Shown here in pieces: positions 9,636-18,819 of a DNA stretch of 64,000 nt. Numbering within the stretch: position 1 is the stretch's first letter; each line of letters starts with the position of its first letter. Below the pieces are notes generated by a model. That model made no database searches. It saw nothing but the letters and a program-made list of their open reading frames with translations, and was not told where the DNA came from. The position numbers and the translations under genes were made by a program. Origin of the DNA: an uncultured Clostridia bacterium (GTDB lineage: Bacteria; Bacillota; Clostridia; Oscillospirales; Oscillospiraceae); assembly GCA_945877365.1 (NCBI GenBank), contig CAMCRV010000003.1, positions 35,901 through 99,900 on the forward strand, written 5' to 3'.

Positions 9636-10724
9636 ATGGATTCGCAAACCAATGTCATGGAATACCAGTGCCCATGCTGCGGAGCCGGGCTTGCCTTCAG
9701 CGGTCAGGCGCAGCAGCTGCATTGCGAATACTGCGGCAACACCTTTGATATTGATGCCGTGCGTGCCTTCAACGAAAAGGAGCTGGGTAAAGAACCCGTA
9801 GAAGAAAAATGGGATCATGCGCCGCAGGCGCAGTGGAGCGAAGAAGAGGAATCCAGCCTGAACAGCTTTGTATGTCCCAGCTGCGGCGGTGAAATTGTGA
9901 CGGATTCCCAGACCGCTGCCACCTTCTGTCCATACTGCGGAAACCCTGCCATCATGCCCTCACGACTGTCCGGCAGCCTGAAACCTCAGGGTGTCATTCC
10001 ATTTCAAACCACCAAACAGGATGCTCAGGAGGCGTTCTTGAAGCTCTGTAAGGGAAAGCCCCTGCTCCCCAGATTCTTCACCTCCCAGCAGCAGATCGAA
10101 AAAATCACCGGCATTTATGTTCCCTTCTGGCTGTATAGCTGCTCCGGTTCTTTCCACGGCCAGTATAAGGCCACCAGAATCCACCAGTGGTCCGACAGCC
10201 AGTATCACTACACAAAAACCGACCATTACCTGCTGGAGCGCAAAGCCTGCGCCAGCTTCTCCGGGATTCCCATGGATGGCTCCAGCAAAATGGACAACAC
10301 GCTTATGGAATCCATCGAGCCCTATGACCAGACGCAGATGGTGGATTTTGACACCGCATACCTCTCCGGTTTTCTGGCAGATAAGTATGATGTTCCGTAT
10401 GAAGACGGTCATACCCGGGTACGCCAGCGTGTAGAAGCCTCGTTTCAAAGCAAGGTTCAATCTACCGCTCTTGGGTATGCCACCCTCCTGCCCACGGTTC
10501 AGAATCTGGATATTCCGGAAATACAGCCAAAATATGTCCTGCTCCCCGTCTGGCTGTTGAATACCAGATACCGCGGAAAACTGTATACCTTCGCTATGAA
10601 CGGGCAGACAGGGCGGATGACCGGCACCTTTCCTGTATGTCCCAGGCGTACTGCGATGTGGTTTACCGGTATCTTTGCCGCTGTCACCATTCTGGCGTCG
10701 GCAATCCTGATGCTGATGGGATAA
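9636..10724 (+). CDS. Double zinc-ribbon membrane-anchored protein (YdjG-like)
   Basis: Two CxxC...CxxC ribbons (CPCCG..CEYCG and CPSCG..CPYCG) and a C-terminal TM segment WFTGIFAAVTILASAILMLM. Confidence 0.6.
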   Translation: MDSQTNVMEYQCPCCGAGLAFSGQAQQLHCEYCGNTFDIDAVRAFNEKELGKEPVEEKWDHAPQAQWSEEEESSLNSFVCPSCGGEIVTDSQTAATFCPYCGNPAIMPSRLSGSLKPQGVIPFQTTKQDAQEAFLKLCKGKPLLPRFFTSQQQIEKITGIYVPFWLYSCSGSFHGQYKATRIHQWSDSQYHYTKTDHYLLERKACASFSGIPMDGSSKMDNTLMESIEPYDQTQMVDFDTAYLSGFLADKYDVPYEDGHTRVRQRVEASFQSKVQSTALGYATLLPTVQNLDIPEIQPKYVLLPVWLLNTRYRGKLYTFAMNGQTGRMTGTFPVCPRRTAMWFTGIFAAVTILASAILMLMG

Positions 10725-10737
10725 GGAGGATAGGCAG

Positions 10738-11598
10738 ATGAAGCGAAAAGTATTATCTGTAGTTCTGATCCTGCTGATGGTGGCGGCGCTGCCTGTGACC
10801 TGCTTCGCCCAGATGTCCTTGATTCAGGATCAGGCTGGGCTGATGGATGCAAACCAGCAGGCGATGCTGGAGCAGAAAGCCTGTGAGCTATCTGAGACCT
10901 ACCAGATGGATATCGTCATTGTCACGACAGATTCCAACGATGGCAAAGATGTCCAGTCCTATGCGGATGACTTTTTTGATGAAAATGGCTACGGCGCAGA
11001 CAAGGACGGCAGCGGTATCCTGCTTCTGGTCAGCATGGACACAAGGGAATGGGCTTTCTCCACTTCCGGAAACGGAATCTACGCCTTTACGGACTACTCT
11101 CTGGAAATACTCAGTGATGAGCTGATCCCCTACCTGTCCTCCGGGGAGTTTTATGACGGCTTTTCCCACTACCTGAGCTGTTTTCCCACCTATCTGGATG
11201 CGTTTCAAAACGGAAAGCCTGTAGACGGCTATGCCTCCGATTACGACCCGAACGACACGGAGAATGTTGTCTATTATGAAGAACCCATGACTTTTTCGGA
11301 TGCGCTTCCCCTTGCCTGTATCATCGGGCTTGTTGTAGCCGGTATTTCTGTTGCGGTTATGGCCTCCGCCATGAATACCCGGCGGAATCAGACAGGGGCT
11401 GAGGATTATCTCGTGGATAACAGCTTCCAGCTTCAGGTTAACCATGACCATTTTCTTTTCAGCAATGTTACAAAAACCAGGCGTGTGCAGGAAAACAATA
11501 ACAGCCATGGTGGCGGCAGCAGCCATGGTGGCGGCGGCAGCCATGTACACACCAGCTCCAGCGGAAGAAGTCACGGCGGCAGAAGCGGTAAGTTTTAG
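10738..11598 (+). CDS. TPM-domain protein (YdjH/YgcG-like) with a signal peptide, a C-terminal TM segment and a Gly/Ser/His-rich tail
   Basis: Signal peptide MKRKVLSVVLILLMVAALPVTCFA. TPM-like LIQDQAGLMD...DIVIVTTDS. Tail HGGGSSHGGGGSHVHTSSSGRSHGGRSGKF. Confidence 0.7.
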   Translation: MKRKVLSVVLILLMVAALPVTCFAQMSLIQDQAGLMDANQQAMLEQKACELSETYQMDIVIVTTDSNDGKDVQSYADDFFDENGYGADKDGSGILLLVSMDTREWAFSTSGNGIYAFTDYSLEILSDELIPYLSSGEFYDGFSHYLSCFPTYLDAFQNGKPVDGYASDYDPNDTENVVYYEEPMTFSDALPLACIIGLVVAGISVAVMASAMNTRRNQTGAEDYLVDNSFQLQVNHDHFLFSNVTKTRRVQENNNSHGGGSSHGGGGSHVHTSSSGRSHGGRSGKF

Positions 11599-11604
11599 AA
11601 ATGC

Positions 11605-11637
11605 AAAACAGCGTGACGAGAATCGTCACGCTGTTTT
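11605..11637. terminator. Bidirectional rho-independent terminator
   Basis: 14-bp perfect stem AAAACAGCGTGACG/CGTCACGCTGTTTT with a 5-nt loop, lying between convergent genes. Confidence 0.8.
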
Positions 11638-11640
11638 ATG

Positions 11641-12522
11641 TTACACTCTTCTGTTTGTAAGGTTTTCAGCAAGCTCTGTCAAAAAGGTCCGATCCTCGAA
11701 TAAATCCAGTGCCTGAATGGCATCTGCGGTGTATTTTTGAACCAGTTCCTCACATTTGGGCAGACCATACAGACGGACAAAGGTATTTTTGGTTTCATCT
11801 GTCCCAACGCCCTTGCCCATTTCCTCCTGTGTTCCGATCACATCCAGCATATCGTCCCGAATCTGGAAGGCCAGCCCAAGATTGTCTGCAAACCGGCAGG
11901 CAGCATCCACCTGCTCCGGGCTTGCCCCACCGGCGATGGCTCCCAAACCGCAGGCTGCACGGATCAACCCTCCGGTTTTACGGCTTTGAATATTCAGAAT
12001 CTCCTCTTCAGAGATCTGCCGCTCCTCACTCATGATATCCAGAACCTGACCTCCCACCATTCCGGAAGATCCGGCACAGGTGGAAAGCAGTGCAATGGCA
12101 CGGCTCATATCCTCCGGGCAGGTCAGCTTCGCCTCAGAAGCGGAGAGGAATGCATCAGTCAGCAGGGCATCTCCCGCCAGAATTGCCATAGCTTCCCCAT
12201 AAACCTTATGGTTGGTGGGGCGTCCCCGGCGGAAATCGTCATTGTCCATGCTGGGGAGGTCGTCATGGATCAGACTGTATGTATGAATCATCTCAATGGC
12301 TGCGGCAAAGGGCGCTGCAGCCTTCCAGTCCTGACCGCAAATGCGGCAGAATTCCATACAGAGGATTGGGCGCAGTCGCTTCCCACCTGCCAGAAGACTG
12401 TATTGAATGGAATCATACAGTGGTTTCTGGGGTTCTGCGTGAAAACGGCTGTAAAAGTTTTCCAAATATTCTTCGATAAACAGCCTATAGGTTTCCATAC
12501 TCCCTTTAAAGCTCATGCTCAA
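11641..12522 (-). CDS. ispA: Polyprenyl (farnesyl/geranyl) diphosphate synthase
   Basis: Asp-rich motifs LIHDDLPSMDNDDFRRG and FQIRDDMLD. Positioned after xseB. Confidence 0.85.
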   Translation of the reverse strand: MSMSFKGSMETYRLFIEEYLENFYSRFHAEPQKPLYDSIQYSLLAGGKRLRPILCMEFCRICGQDWKAAAPFAAAIEMIHTYSLIHDDLPSMDNDDFRRGRPTNHKVYGEAMAILAGDALLTDAFLSASEAKLTCPEDMSRAIALLSTCAGSSGMVGGQVLDIMSEERQISEEEILNIQSRKTGGLIRAACGLGAIAGGASPEQVDAACRFADNLGLAFQIRDDMLDVIGTQEEMGKGVGTDETKNTFVRLYGLPKCEELVQKYTADAIQALDLFEDRTFLTELAENLTNRRV

Positions 12523-12739
12523 ATTCCACCTCCACGGGCGTTCCGTCCGGTGCTGTCATAATCTTTTTCACCTGCAGCTCTGCATCCTCAAGGATTTTTC
12601 CGCAGCAGCGAATCAGCTCGGTACCCTCCTGAAACAGCTTCAGGGACTCCTCCAGCGATGCCTCTCCCCGTTCCATAGTTCGTACAATCTCCTCCAGCCG
12701 GGTCATGGACTGCTCAAAGGTTTTGTTCTTGGCATTCAT
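12506..12739 (-). CDS. xseB: Exodeoxyribonuclease VII small subunit
   Basis: 77 aa, FEQSMTRLEEIVRTMERGEASLEESLKLFQEG. Start overlaps the xseA stop. Confidence 0.85.
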   Translation of the reverse strand: MNAKNKTFEQSMTRLEEIVRTMERGEASLEESLKLFQEGTELIRCCGKILEDAELQVKKIMTAPDGTPVEVEFEHEL

Positions 12740-13944
12740 TTCACATTCTCCTTTTTCATCACCGTGGCAGAGAGTCTGCCGTCACTGAGGGACACGGTTA
12801 TCTGCTGACCGGCCTCCACCTGATCCACAGATTTCAGCACAGTTCCGTCTTCTGTCTGGGCATAGGCATAGCCCCGGGTCAGTACCTTCAGGGGGCTCAT
12901 GGCATCCAGCTTGGAAACCGACGCCACATACCGATGGCGTTCCCGGTTCAGCATCTGGGTTTGTGCCGAGACCAACCGGTTCTTCAGCAGCTCCAATGCT
13001 TTTTCCTTCTGCTCCAGATAACCTGTGGGCTTCTGCATGGATGGCCGGTTGGCCAGCATTTCCAATCGCTGCCGGGATGCCTTCAGCTGTCTTGCCAGAG
13101 CTGCAGCCATGGAGCCGGACATGGCATCCAGATTTTGCTGCAGGGCATTCATATCCGGCACCGCCAGTTCCGCCGCATTGGAGGGTGTTGCCGCACGCAA
13201 ATCCGCAACATAGTCGGAGATGGTCACATCCGGTTCGTGACCAACCGCAGAGATAATGGGAATCCGGGATTCGTAAATCGCATAGGCAACCCGTTCGTCG
13301 TTAAATGCCCACAGATCCTCAATGGAACCGCCGCCCCGACCTACAATCAGCAAGTCAGCCAACTGATAATGGTTGGCATAGCCGATGGCTGCGGCAATCT
13401 CCCCCGGAGCTTCTGCTCCCTGCACCCGAACCGGCAGCAGCCTGACCTGAGTCAGGGGGTAGCGTTTGTTCAGAATCCGGAGCATATCATGGACTGCCGC
13501 ACCTGCCGAGCTGGTAATGATGCCAATGGTACCCGGGTAGCGTGGCAGCGGCTGCTTGTGGGCTGGGTCAAAGAGACCTTCCGCCGACAGCTTTTTCTTC
13601 AGCGCCTCGAAAGCCGCGTAGAGATCCCCTATACCGTCCATTGCCAATGCGCTGCAATAGAGCTGGTATGCGCCGTCCCTTGGGAATACGGAAACCTTGC
13701 CCATGGCGATGACCTTCATGCCGTTTTCCGGACGGAATCTCAGCCGCATGGCGTTCCCCTTAAACATCACACACTTTAAAACGGAGGATTCGTCCTTCAG
13801 GGAAAAATAATGATGTCCGGAGGGGTACATTTTATAGTTGCTGATCTCGCCGCGCACAGCAATTTGATTCAGAAGCGGATCTGCATCCAGTTTTCCGCGA
13901 ATATACTCATTCAGCTGAGAAATGGACAGAACTTCCTTAGTCAT
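12736..13944 (-). CDS. xseA: Exodeoxyribonuclease VII large subunit
   Basis: 402 aa, N-terminal OB-fold-like LSISQLNEYIRGKLDADPLL...GEISNY. Conserved context. Confidence 0.9.
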   Translation of the reverse strand: MTKEVLSISQLNEYIRGKLDADPLLNQIAVRGEISNYKMYPSGHHYFSLKDESSVLKCVMFKGNAMRLRFRPENGMKVIAMGKVSVFPRDGAYQLYCSALAMDGIGDLYAAFEALKKKLSAEGLFDPAHKQPLPRYPGTIGIITSSAGAAVHDMLRILNKRYPLTQVRLLPVRVQGAEAPGEIAAAIGYANHYQLADLLIVGRGGGSIEDLWAFNDERVAYAIYESRIPIISAVGHEPDVTISDYVADLRAATPSNAAELAVPDMNALQQNLDAMSGSMAAALARQLKASRQRLEMLANRPSMQKPTGYLEQKEKALELLKNRLVSAQTQMLNRERHRYVASVSKLDAMSPLKVLTRGYAYAQTEDGTVLKSVDQVEAGQQITVSLSDGRLSATVMKKENVK

Positions 13945-14869
13945 GGGATTCCTCCATCATTCTGTGGGTCAAAACGGCAACGCCCATGGCATTGTCGGTG
14001 GAAAACTGGGGTGGACAGAAAACAGGATTTAATGGTGCAAGGCACTCCCGGAGCATGGTATTGGAGGCAACACCCCCGGAGAAAACAACTGCCAAACCCG
14101 GATACGCCTTCATAGCATTTTCCGTGGCAAGGCGCACCGCCCCGGCAACGCATCGCAGTGCATAAGCGGCCGTCTCTTCGGCTTTCCCATGGGAATCGTG
14201 AAACTGCTGCACCTTATTCTGGACTCCGGACAGAGAAAAGGTAAAATCCCTGCACTTGACCCGGAACACTTCCCTGCCCACGGCCTGTCGGCTCAGCTGA
14301 TCCAGATGCTTTCCCGACGGGAACGGCAGATCCAGAAGCTGACCGGTTCTGTCGATAAGCTGGCCTGCGGAGATATCGCTGGTTCCGCCGATTTTGGTGC
14401 ACTTCACATTTCTTCCCTCCGGCTCCACCAGCAGCAGCTCCGTGGTTCCACCGGACAGATGCCAGGCAAGATGGGGCTCATCCATCAGATCCATCCGCCC
14501 GGCGCTCCAAAGGGAGGCCGCCACATGACCCTGCTGGTGGGACACTTCCACCAGAGGAACACACAGCGTATCCGCCAGAAGCTTTCCGTGGGAATAACCC
14601 ACCATAAAGCAGGGCATATAGCTGCCCTCCACGGCTCTTGGGCGGGTACTTACGCCAACTGCCTGAATCTTCCTGTCCTCAATATGGGAAAACAGCCTGC
14701 CGGAAAGCTCCGGCAGGCTTTTGATATGGGCAAACACAGCATCAGACTGGCGCAGACCAAGCTCCCCAGCCTTCACCGGCAGCAGCCTGGAGCAATTCTC
14801 ACCACCCATTCCATTGAACCATGCAACAGAAGTGGTGTAATTGCTGGTGTCAATCCCAATTACATTCAT
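13937..14869 (-). CDS. Kae1/TsaD-family (peptidase M22-like) protein, paralog of unknown role
   Basis: ASKHA-type N-terminus MNVIGIDTSNYTTSVA and an HxxGH-like SHQQGH motif. Confidence 0.6.
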   Translation of the reverse strand: MNVIGIDTSNYTTSVAWFNGMGGENCSRLLPVKAGELGLRQSDAVFAHIKSLPELSGRLFSHIEDRKIQAVGVSTRPRAVEGSYMPCFMVGYSHGKLLADTLCVPLVEVSHQQGHVAASLWSAGRMDLMDEPHLAWHLSGGTTELLLVEPEGRNVKCTKIGGTSDISAGQLIDRTGQLLDLPFPSGKHLDQLSRQAVGREVFRVKCRDFTFSLSGVQNKVQQFHDSHGKAEETAAYALRCVAGAVRLATENAMKAYPGLAVVFSGGVASNTMLRECLAPLNPVFCPPQFSTDNAMGVAVLTHRMMEESHD

Positions 14870-15363
14870 TGTACTTCCTCTGCCGTCTTTTCATCCGACT
14901 GCACTGCATTTGTTTCCGGTACATTCAAACTCCGGGCAAAGGAGCCCAGAACTCCGTTTACAAATGCGCCGGTATCGTCGCCGTCATATTTCTTGGCCAG
15001 ACGGACGGCCTCGGAAATGGCAACACCGGTGGGGACATCCTCAACATACAGAATCTCAAAAATGGCAAGCTGCAGGACGCACCGGGTCAGCTTGGAAATA
15101 CGGCTCACATCCCAGCCGATGGAAAACCGTCGGATCTGATCATTAAGCTCCTCTGTACGGTTGGCAACCCCGGTAACCACCGTGTCGATATAAGACAGCT
15201 GGGCACGGCTGGGGCGCTCCCCGTAGATATCGTTCTCCTCCTTCAGCTGGCTGTAGTATTCCTTTTCCAGCCGAAGGGAAACCACCTTTTCCGGTTCTTC
15301 TCCGGTGAATTCCCTGCCGTAGATCAAATGTACTGCCAGTTCTCTGGCATCTCCTCTTTTCAT
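14866..15363 (-). CDS. nusB: Transcription antitermination factor NusB
   Basis: RELAVHLIYGREF...AILRLAIFEILY-like motifs. Start trimmed to MKRGDAREL; the ORF opens at 15426. Confidence 0.85.
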   Translation of the reverse strand: MKRGDARELAVHLIYGREFTGEEPEKVVSLRLEKEYYSQLKEENDIYGERPSRAQLSYIDTVVTGVANRTEELNDQIRRFSIGWDVSRISKLTRCVLQLAIFEILYVEDVPTGVAISEAVRLAKKYDGDDTGAFVNGVLGSFARSLNVPETNAVQSDEKTAEEVQ

Positions 15364-15373
15364 GGGCTGCACC

Positions 15374-15712
15374 TTACTGGCGTGCAATACCGCATACATT
15401 GACATCCACCTGGGTGACCTGAACACCCGTCATGGACTCAATCGCAGAGGACACAGCTGCCTGCACTGCGTTGGCGACATCCACAACGCTGCAGCCAAAC
15501 TTTGTGACAATATTCAGACCGATGGACACGGAATTGTCTTCCGCGATGACGATCTTCATGCCCTTAGTCCAGTTCTTCTTGACATCATAGTGGAAGGTAG
15601 CGCCTTCCACCTCTGTCAGCGCGTGCTCCACAATCGCAGCAACCACATCATCAGAAATCATCACGCTGCCATTTTCCTGGGTCTGGGTGATGTAACGCTT
15701 ATATTCAGCCAT
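15374..15712 (-). CDS. Asp23/Gls24 family envelope stress (alkaline shock) protein
   Basis: 112 aa, ISDDVVAAIVEHALTEVEG...GVQVTQVDVNV. Confidence 0.85.
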   Translation of the reverse strand: MAEYKRYITQTQENGSVMISDDVVAAIVEHALTEVEGATFHYDVKKNWTKGMKIVIAEDNSVSIGLNIVTKFGCSVVDVANAVQAAVSSAIESMTGVQVTQVDVNVCGIARQ

Positions 15713-15765
15713 GGGGTAAACCTCCTAAATCATTGTCACGCCTCCGGCATGACATACTTTTGTAT

Positions 15766-15793
15766 ATTGTACCACAGATCCCAAAAATTACAA
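15766..15793 (-). promoter_or_regulatory. Candidate sigma-A promoter for asp23-nusB-xse-ispA
   Basis: On the minus strand: TTGTAA, 16-nt spacer, TGg TACAAT extended -10. Confidence 0.5.
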
Positions 15794-15856
15794 CTGTTTT
15801 CTGCTGTCAGCCGTGCTTTTTCTGATGGATTTGCTTTACCGCAGCTACCGCAGGGG

Positions 15857-16414
15857 TTACTTGACCTCCACCACCCGGATATCCTCCAGGCCATAATCAG
15901 ACTGTGCCATCACAATATCGGCTATCACCGCCACATCCGCCTGCTGCAGTCCCCCCTCCGGCGAGGAAACCGCCACCGAAATTCCATCCCCCGTCATATA
16001 GGCAACGCAGTCGGTATAGCCCTTGGCAATTACCAGGCTCTCAATCTGTGCCTCGCTGAGGGCGGTCTCCACAATGACTTCCAGCTCTGCGGAGGATTCC
16101 GCTTCCTTTGTTCCCTCACTGTAGGCCATAGCTTCCTGAAGCAGATTCAACGCACTGTCTCTGGCCTGCTGACGGGATAGCCGAACTGCCGCAAAATAGT
16201 CTGCCGCAGTGGTATCCAGATCTTCGCCTGCCGCAATGGCTGCCATATCCTCGCTGAGATCCAGCATCTCCTCGCTCATCACCTTTTCACTGTCCAGCGT
16301 ATCCGTCAGGCTGACAGCCATGCTGTCTTCCGTATAAACCCAGTTTACATAAATTCCCGCACAGACGGTCACCAGAATGGCTGCCGCAACCATGTTCTTT
16401 TTCCACACCTTCAT
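15857..16414 (-). CDS. spoIIIAH: Stage III sporulation protein AH
   Basis: Last gene of the spoIIIA cluster. N-terminal TM MKVWKKNMVAAAILVTVCAGIY. GGAGG RBS 8 nt upstream of the ATG at 16414. Confidence 0.65.
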   Translation of the reverse strand: MKVWKKNMVAAAILVTVCAGIYVNWVYTEDSMAVSLTDTLDSEKVMSEEMLDLSEDMAAIAAGEDLDTTAADYFAAVRLSRQQARDSALNLLQEAMAYSEGTKEAESSAELEVIVETALSEAQIESLVIAKGYTDCVAYMTGDGISVAVSSPEGGLQQADVAVIADIVMAQSDYGLEDIRVVEVK

Positions 16415-16428
16415 AAGAAAACCTCCAT

Positions 16429-16932
16429 TCACTTCATCTTCAAGACGGTTATTCTGTCTGTACTTAGCCCCGTGGCATTGGCCACAGCCTCTGTCACTGC
16501 CAGTTTGACACTTGCGCTGTCAGCTCCCTGACAGAGAACCACGGCTCCCAGATAGACCGGAGGATCCACCCGGCGAACCAAGCCCGACTGCCCTCTGTCG
16601 CTGTCTGTCAGAATCACAGTATCTGAGCGGATCTGTTTTCCGCCTTCGTCTTCCATTCTGTCTTCATCCTGTTGATAATAGGTTTCCGAACCGCTGCTTT
16701 CCGTTAATAGCACCCTCACCTTCCCCGCTCCATCCAATTTGCTCAGCACATCTTCCAGTTCCTGCTCCAGTGTCTTCTGCTGCTGTACCGTTTCCTGCGT
16801 CTGCCGTATGAGTTCTTCCGGCTCCTTTCCGGGAATGCATAAGAGGAAAATTCCAATCAGCAATACTATCAGGGCATATCGGTATTTCCCTGTGATCTGT
16901 ATGGCAAGTTCTTTCCCTCTTCTCCAATCCAA
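16429..16932 (-). CDS. spoIIIAG: Stage III sporulation protein AG
   Basis: TTG start preceded by GAAGGAGGA. One N-terminal TM segment. C-terminal VGAVVLCQGADSASVKLAVTEAVANATGL is typical of AG. Confidence 0.7.
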   Translation of the reverse strand: MDWRRGKELAIQITGKYRYALIVLLIGIFLLCIPGKEPEELIRQTQETVQQQKTLEQELEDVLSKLDGAGKVRVLLTESSGSETYYQQDEDRMEDEGGKQIRSDTVILTDSDRGQSGLVRRVDPPVYLGAVVLCQGADSASVKLAVTEAVANATGLSTDRITVLKMK

Positions 16933-17390
16933 GTCTGATCCTCCTTCGCAATTCCCAGATCCAGAAACAGGATCTGTTCCATTGCCTGCTTTTGCGGATC
17001 TGTGTATGTTCCTTTTATAATACAGCTTTTCGGAGCCGGAGTATCCGCATCACAGCAAGACACCTCCGCCGATATGCGCATCCCAAGCTCCCCCGCTTTG
17101 TCCAAGATATATGCTTCCGTCTCCGCCTTTATGCTTTGCGCCAGCTGATCAGCGCGATATTCCTCCCCCACGGCCACTGCCTGCTGCCCCTTGTCCTCCC
17201 AGTCTGAAATTTGGGACATTTCCGGCAGATGCAATTTGGGCAGCGGCGCAAGAACCGCCATGGTTACCACAACTCCTGACAGCAATTTCCCCAGCTTTTT
17301 CATCCAGCCTGAGGTGAAAAAGGATTGTACAATCCCGCAAAGCAGGCAAACCGAGGAAACCGACACCAGATATCTTCCCAGTGCTTCCAT
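16869..17390 (-). CDS. spoIIIAF: Stage III sporulation protein AF
   Basis: Starts with an ATGA overlap on the spoIIIAE stop. Two N-terminal TM segments. Trimmed from a 429-aa open frame. Confidence 0.65.
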   Translation of the reverse strand: MEALGRYLVSVSSVCLLCGIVQSFFTSGWMKKLGKLLSGVVVTMAVLAPLPKLHLPEMSQISDWEDKGQQAVAVGEEYRADQLAQSIKAETEAYILDKAGELGMRISAEVSCCDADTPAPKSCIIKGTYTDPQKQAMEQILFLDLGIAKEDQTWIGEEGKNLPYRSQGNTDMP

Positions 17391-18427
17391 CAGCCCACAC
17401 CTTTCAGAAAACAGATCATGCTGACCAGCAGGATCATGCAGCTTCCCGCTGTCATCGCCAGCAGCAGACCCATAGCTGTGGAAAAGGCCGATACCAGACC
17501 GCTGAGTTCCTTTCCCCCGAAAATTCCGCAGACAGCCGCAGACAGCTGAAGCACCAGATAATACATACCCGTCCGCAGAAAAGGATGCACCACAATGGCC
17601 AGAATGGCGAGAATTCCATAGATCCCGGCGGAATTTTTCATAAATTCCGCACCGGTCAGAACCGCCTCCGAAGCGTCGGACAGAATTCCGCCTACAACCG
17701 GCACCACAGAGGCAATGGTAACCTTTGTGGTTTTCAGCAGCGCCGCATCCGTTGTTCCTGCCACTGCCCCGGAAATGCCCACATAAGTAGTGAAAACCGT
17801 GAGAAGAATTTTCAGGCACCAGCTGATGGCAGACTTGAGAAAAGCTGCCGTCTTGCTGAGTACCTGCTTGTCCAGAAAGCAGTCGGCGGCAGACAATCCC
17901 AGATACAGGTAAACGCATGGTACAAAAACCTCTGACATCAGGCTCGTCAGAACCGCGTTGGCAAAGGCCGTGGCGGTGTAGAGTACACCTGCAGAGGTAG
18001 CGCCGCCCTGCGCTGCAAGCCCTGCCGTCATCACCGGGAGCAGGAGCTTCCCATACTCGCTGAGCTGACGGATGGTCTGAATTCCCTGGCTCATAAGGGA
18101 ATTGACTCCGGTTAACAGCTTGACGCAGATTGCCGCGGTTCCGCAGAGAATCCCGCACTTCCCTGCCTGCTCCGAAAGCGGCTCAAGCATCGCTGCCAGC
18201 AGTGCAATGACAATCACGCTGACGCCTGTTTTCAGTGCCTCCGCCCAGTCCGGCCTGAGAAACTGAATAGCTTTCTGAAAAAGCTCCCCCAGCGCATCCG
18301 AAAAAGAGGCAGTGTCCTGCGGCATATAGGCTCTCCCGTACTCCGGAACCTGCGGCGGCGTAAGCTCTGCCGCTGATACCGGAAGTGCCAGAAGCCCGAT
18401 CATCAGAAATACCAGTAATCCTTTCAT
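17390..18427 (-). CDS. spoIIIAE: Stage III sporulation protein AE
   Basis: Signal peptide MKGLLVFLMIGLLALPVSAAE followed by a polytopic membrane protein. ATGA overlaps on both sides. Confidence 0.8.
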   Translation of the reverse strand: MKGLLVFLMIGLLALPVSAAELTPPQVPEYGRAYMPQDTASFSDALGELFQKAIQFLRPDWAEALKTGVSVIVIALLAAMLEPLSEQAGKCGILCGTAAICVKLLTGVNSLMSQGIQTIRQLSEYGKLLLPVMTAGLAAQGGATSAGVLYTATAFANAVLTSLMSEVFVPCVYLYLGLSAADCFLDKQVLSKTAAFLKSAISWCLKILLTVFTTYVGISGAVAGTTDAALLKTTKVTIASVVPVVGGILSDASEAVLTGAEFMKNSAGIYGILAILAIVVHPFLRTGMYYLVLQLSAAVCGIFGGKELSGLVSAFSTAMGLLLAMTAGSCMILLVSMICFLKGVG

Positions 18428-18819
18428 AGTTGCCCCATAATTTCCTGAATCAGCTCCAAAAACCAACGAAACAGCGGCAGCGAGATGTACATAGTTACCG
18501 CAGTGGCAGCAAGCTGTAATGCTTTTCCCAGGGAAGCGTTTCCGCTGTCTGCACAGATACTCTGGCTCAGCTCCGACAAAATCCCAATCCCCAGTATTTT
18601 CATCAGCACACCAATAAACTGCTCCGGAATCTGCCCCAAATCCCCCAAAGACAGGAGAAATTCCATCACAGGTTCCAGCAGCAGGAACGCAGAACCGGCC
18701 ACCGCTGCACACGCAAAAACAGAAAGGAGCAAGGCGATATCCTTTTCGCCCTTATCGAGGGTAAGCTTCGCAATGGTCGCTGCCAACACAAAGGCAGTGG
18801 ATTTCCAAAATAGATTCAT
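18424..18819 (-). CDS. spoIIIAD: Stage III sporulation protein AD
   Basis: 131-aa hydrophobic protein in the conserved operon position. Confidence 0.8.
   Translation of the reverse strand: MNLFWKSTAFVLAATIAKLTLDKGEKDIALLLSVFACAAVAGSAFLLLEPVMEFLLSLGDLGQIPEQFIGVLMKILGIGILSELSQSICADSGNASLGKALQLAATAVTMYISLPLFRWFLELIQEIMGQL

Noticed and set aside
16869-18158. Very long N-terminal extensions of several track ORFs, for example the 429-aa spoIIIAF frame, the 440-aa spoIIIAE frame, the 339-aa pstB frame and the 563-aa ABC ATPase frame.
   Set aside because: The extensions overlap the upstream gene in another frame and lack an RBS. Internal starts with an SD sequence and ATGA-type coupling give proteins of the expected size.
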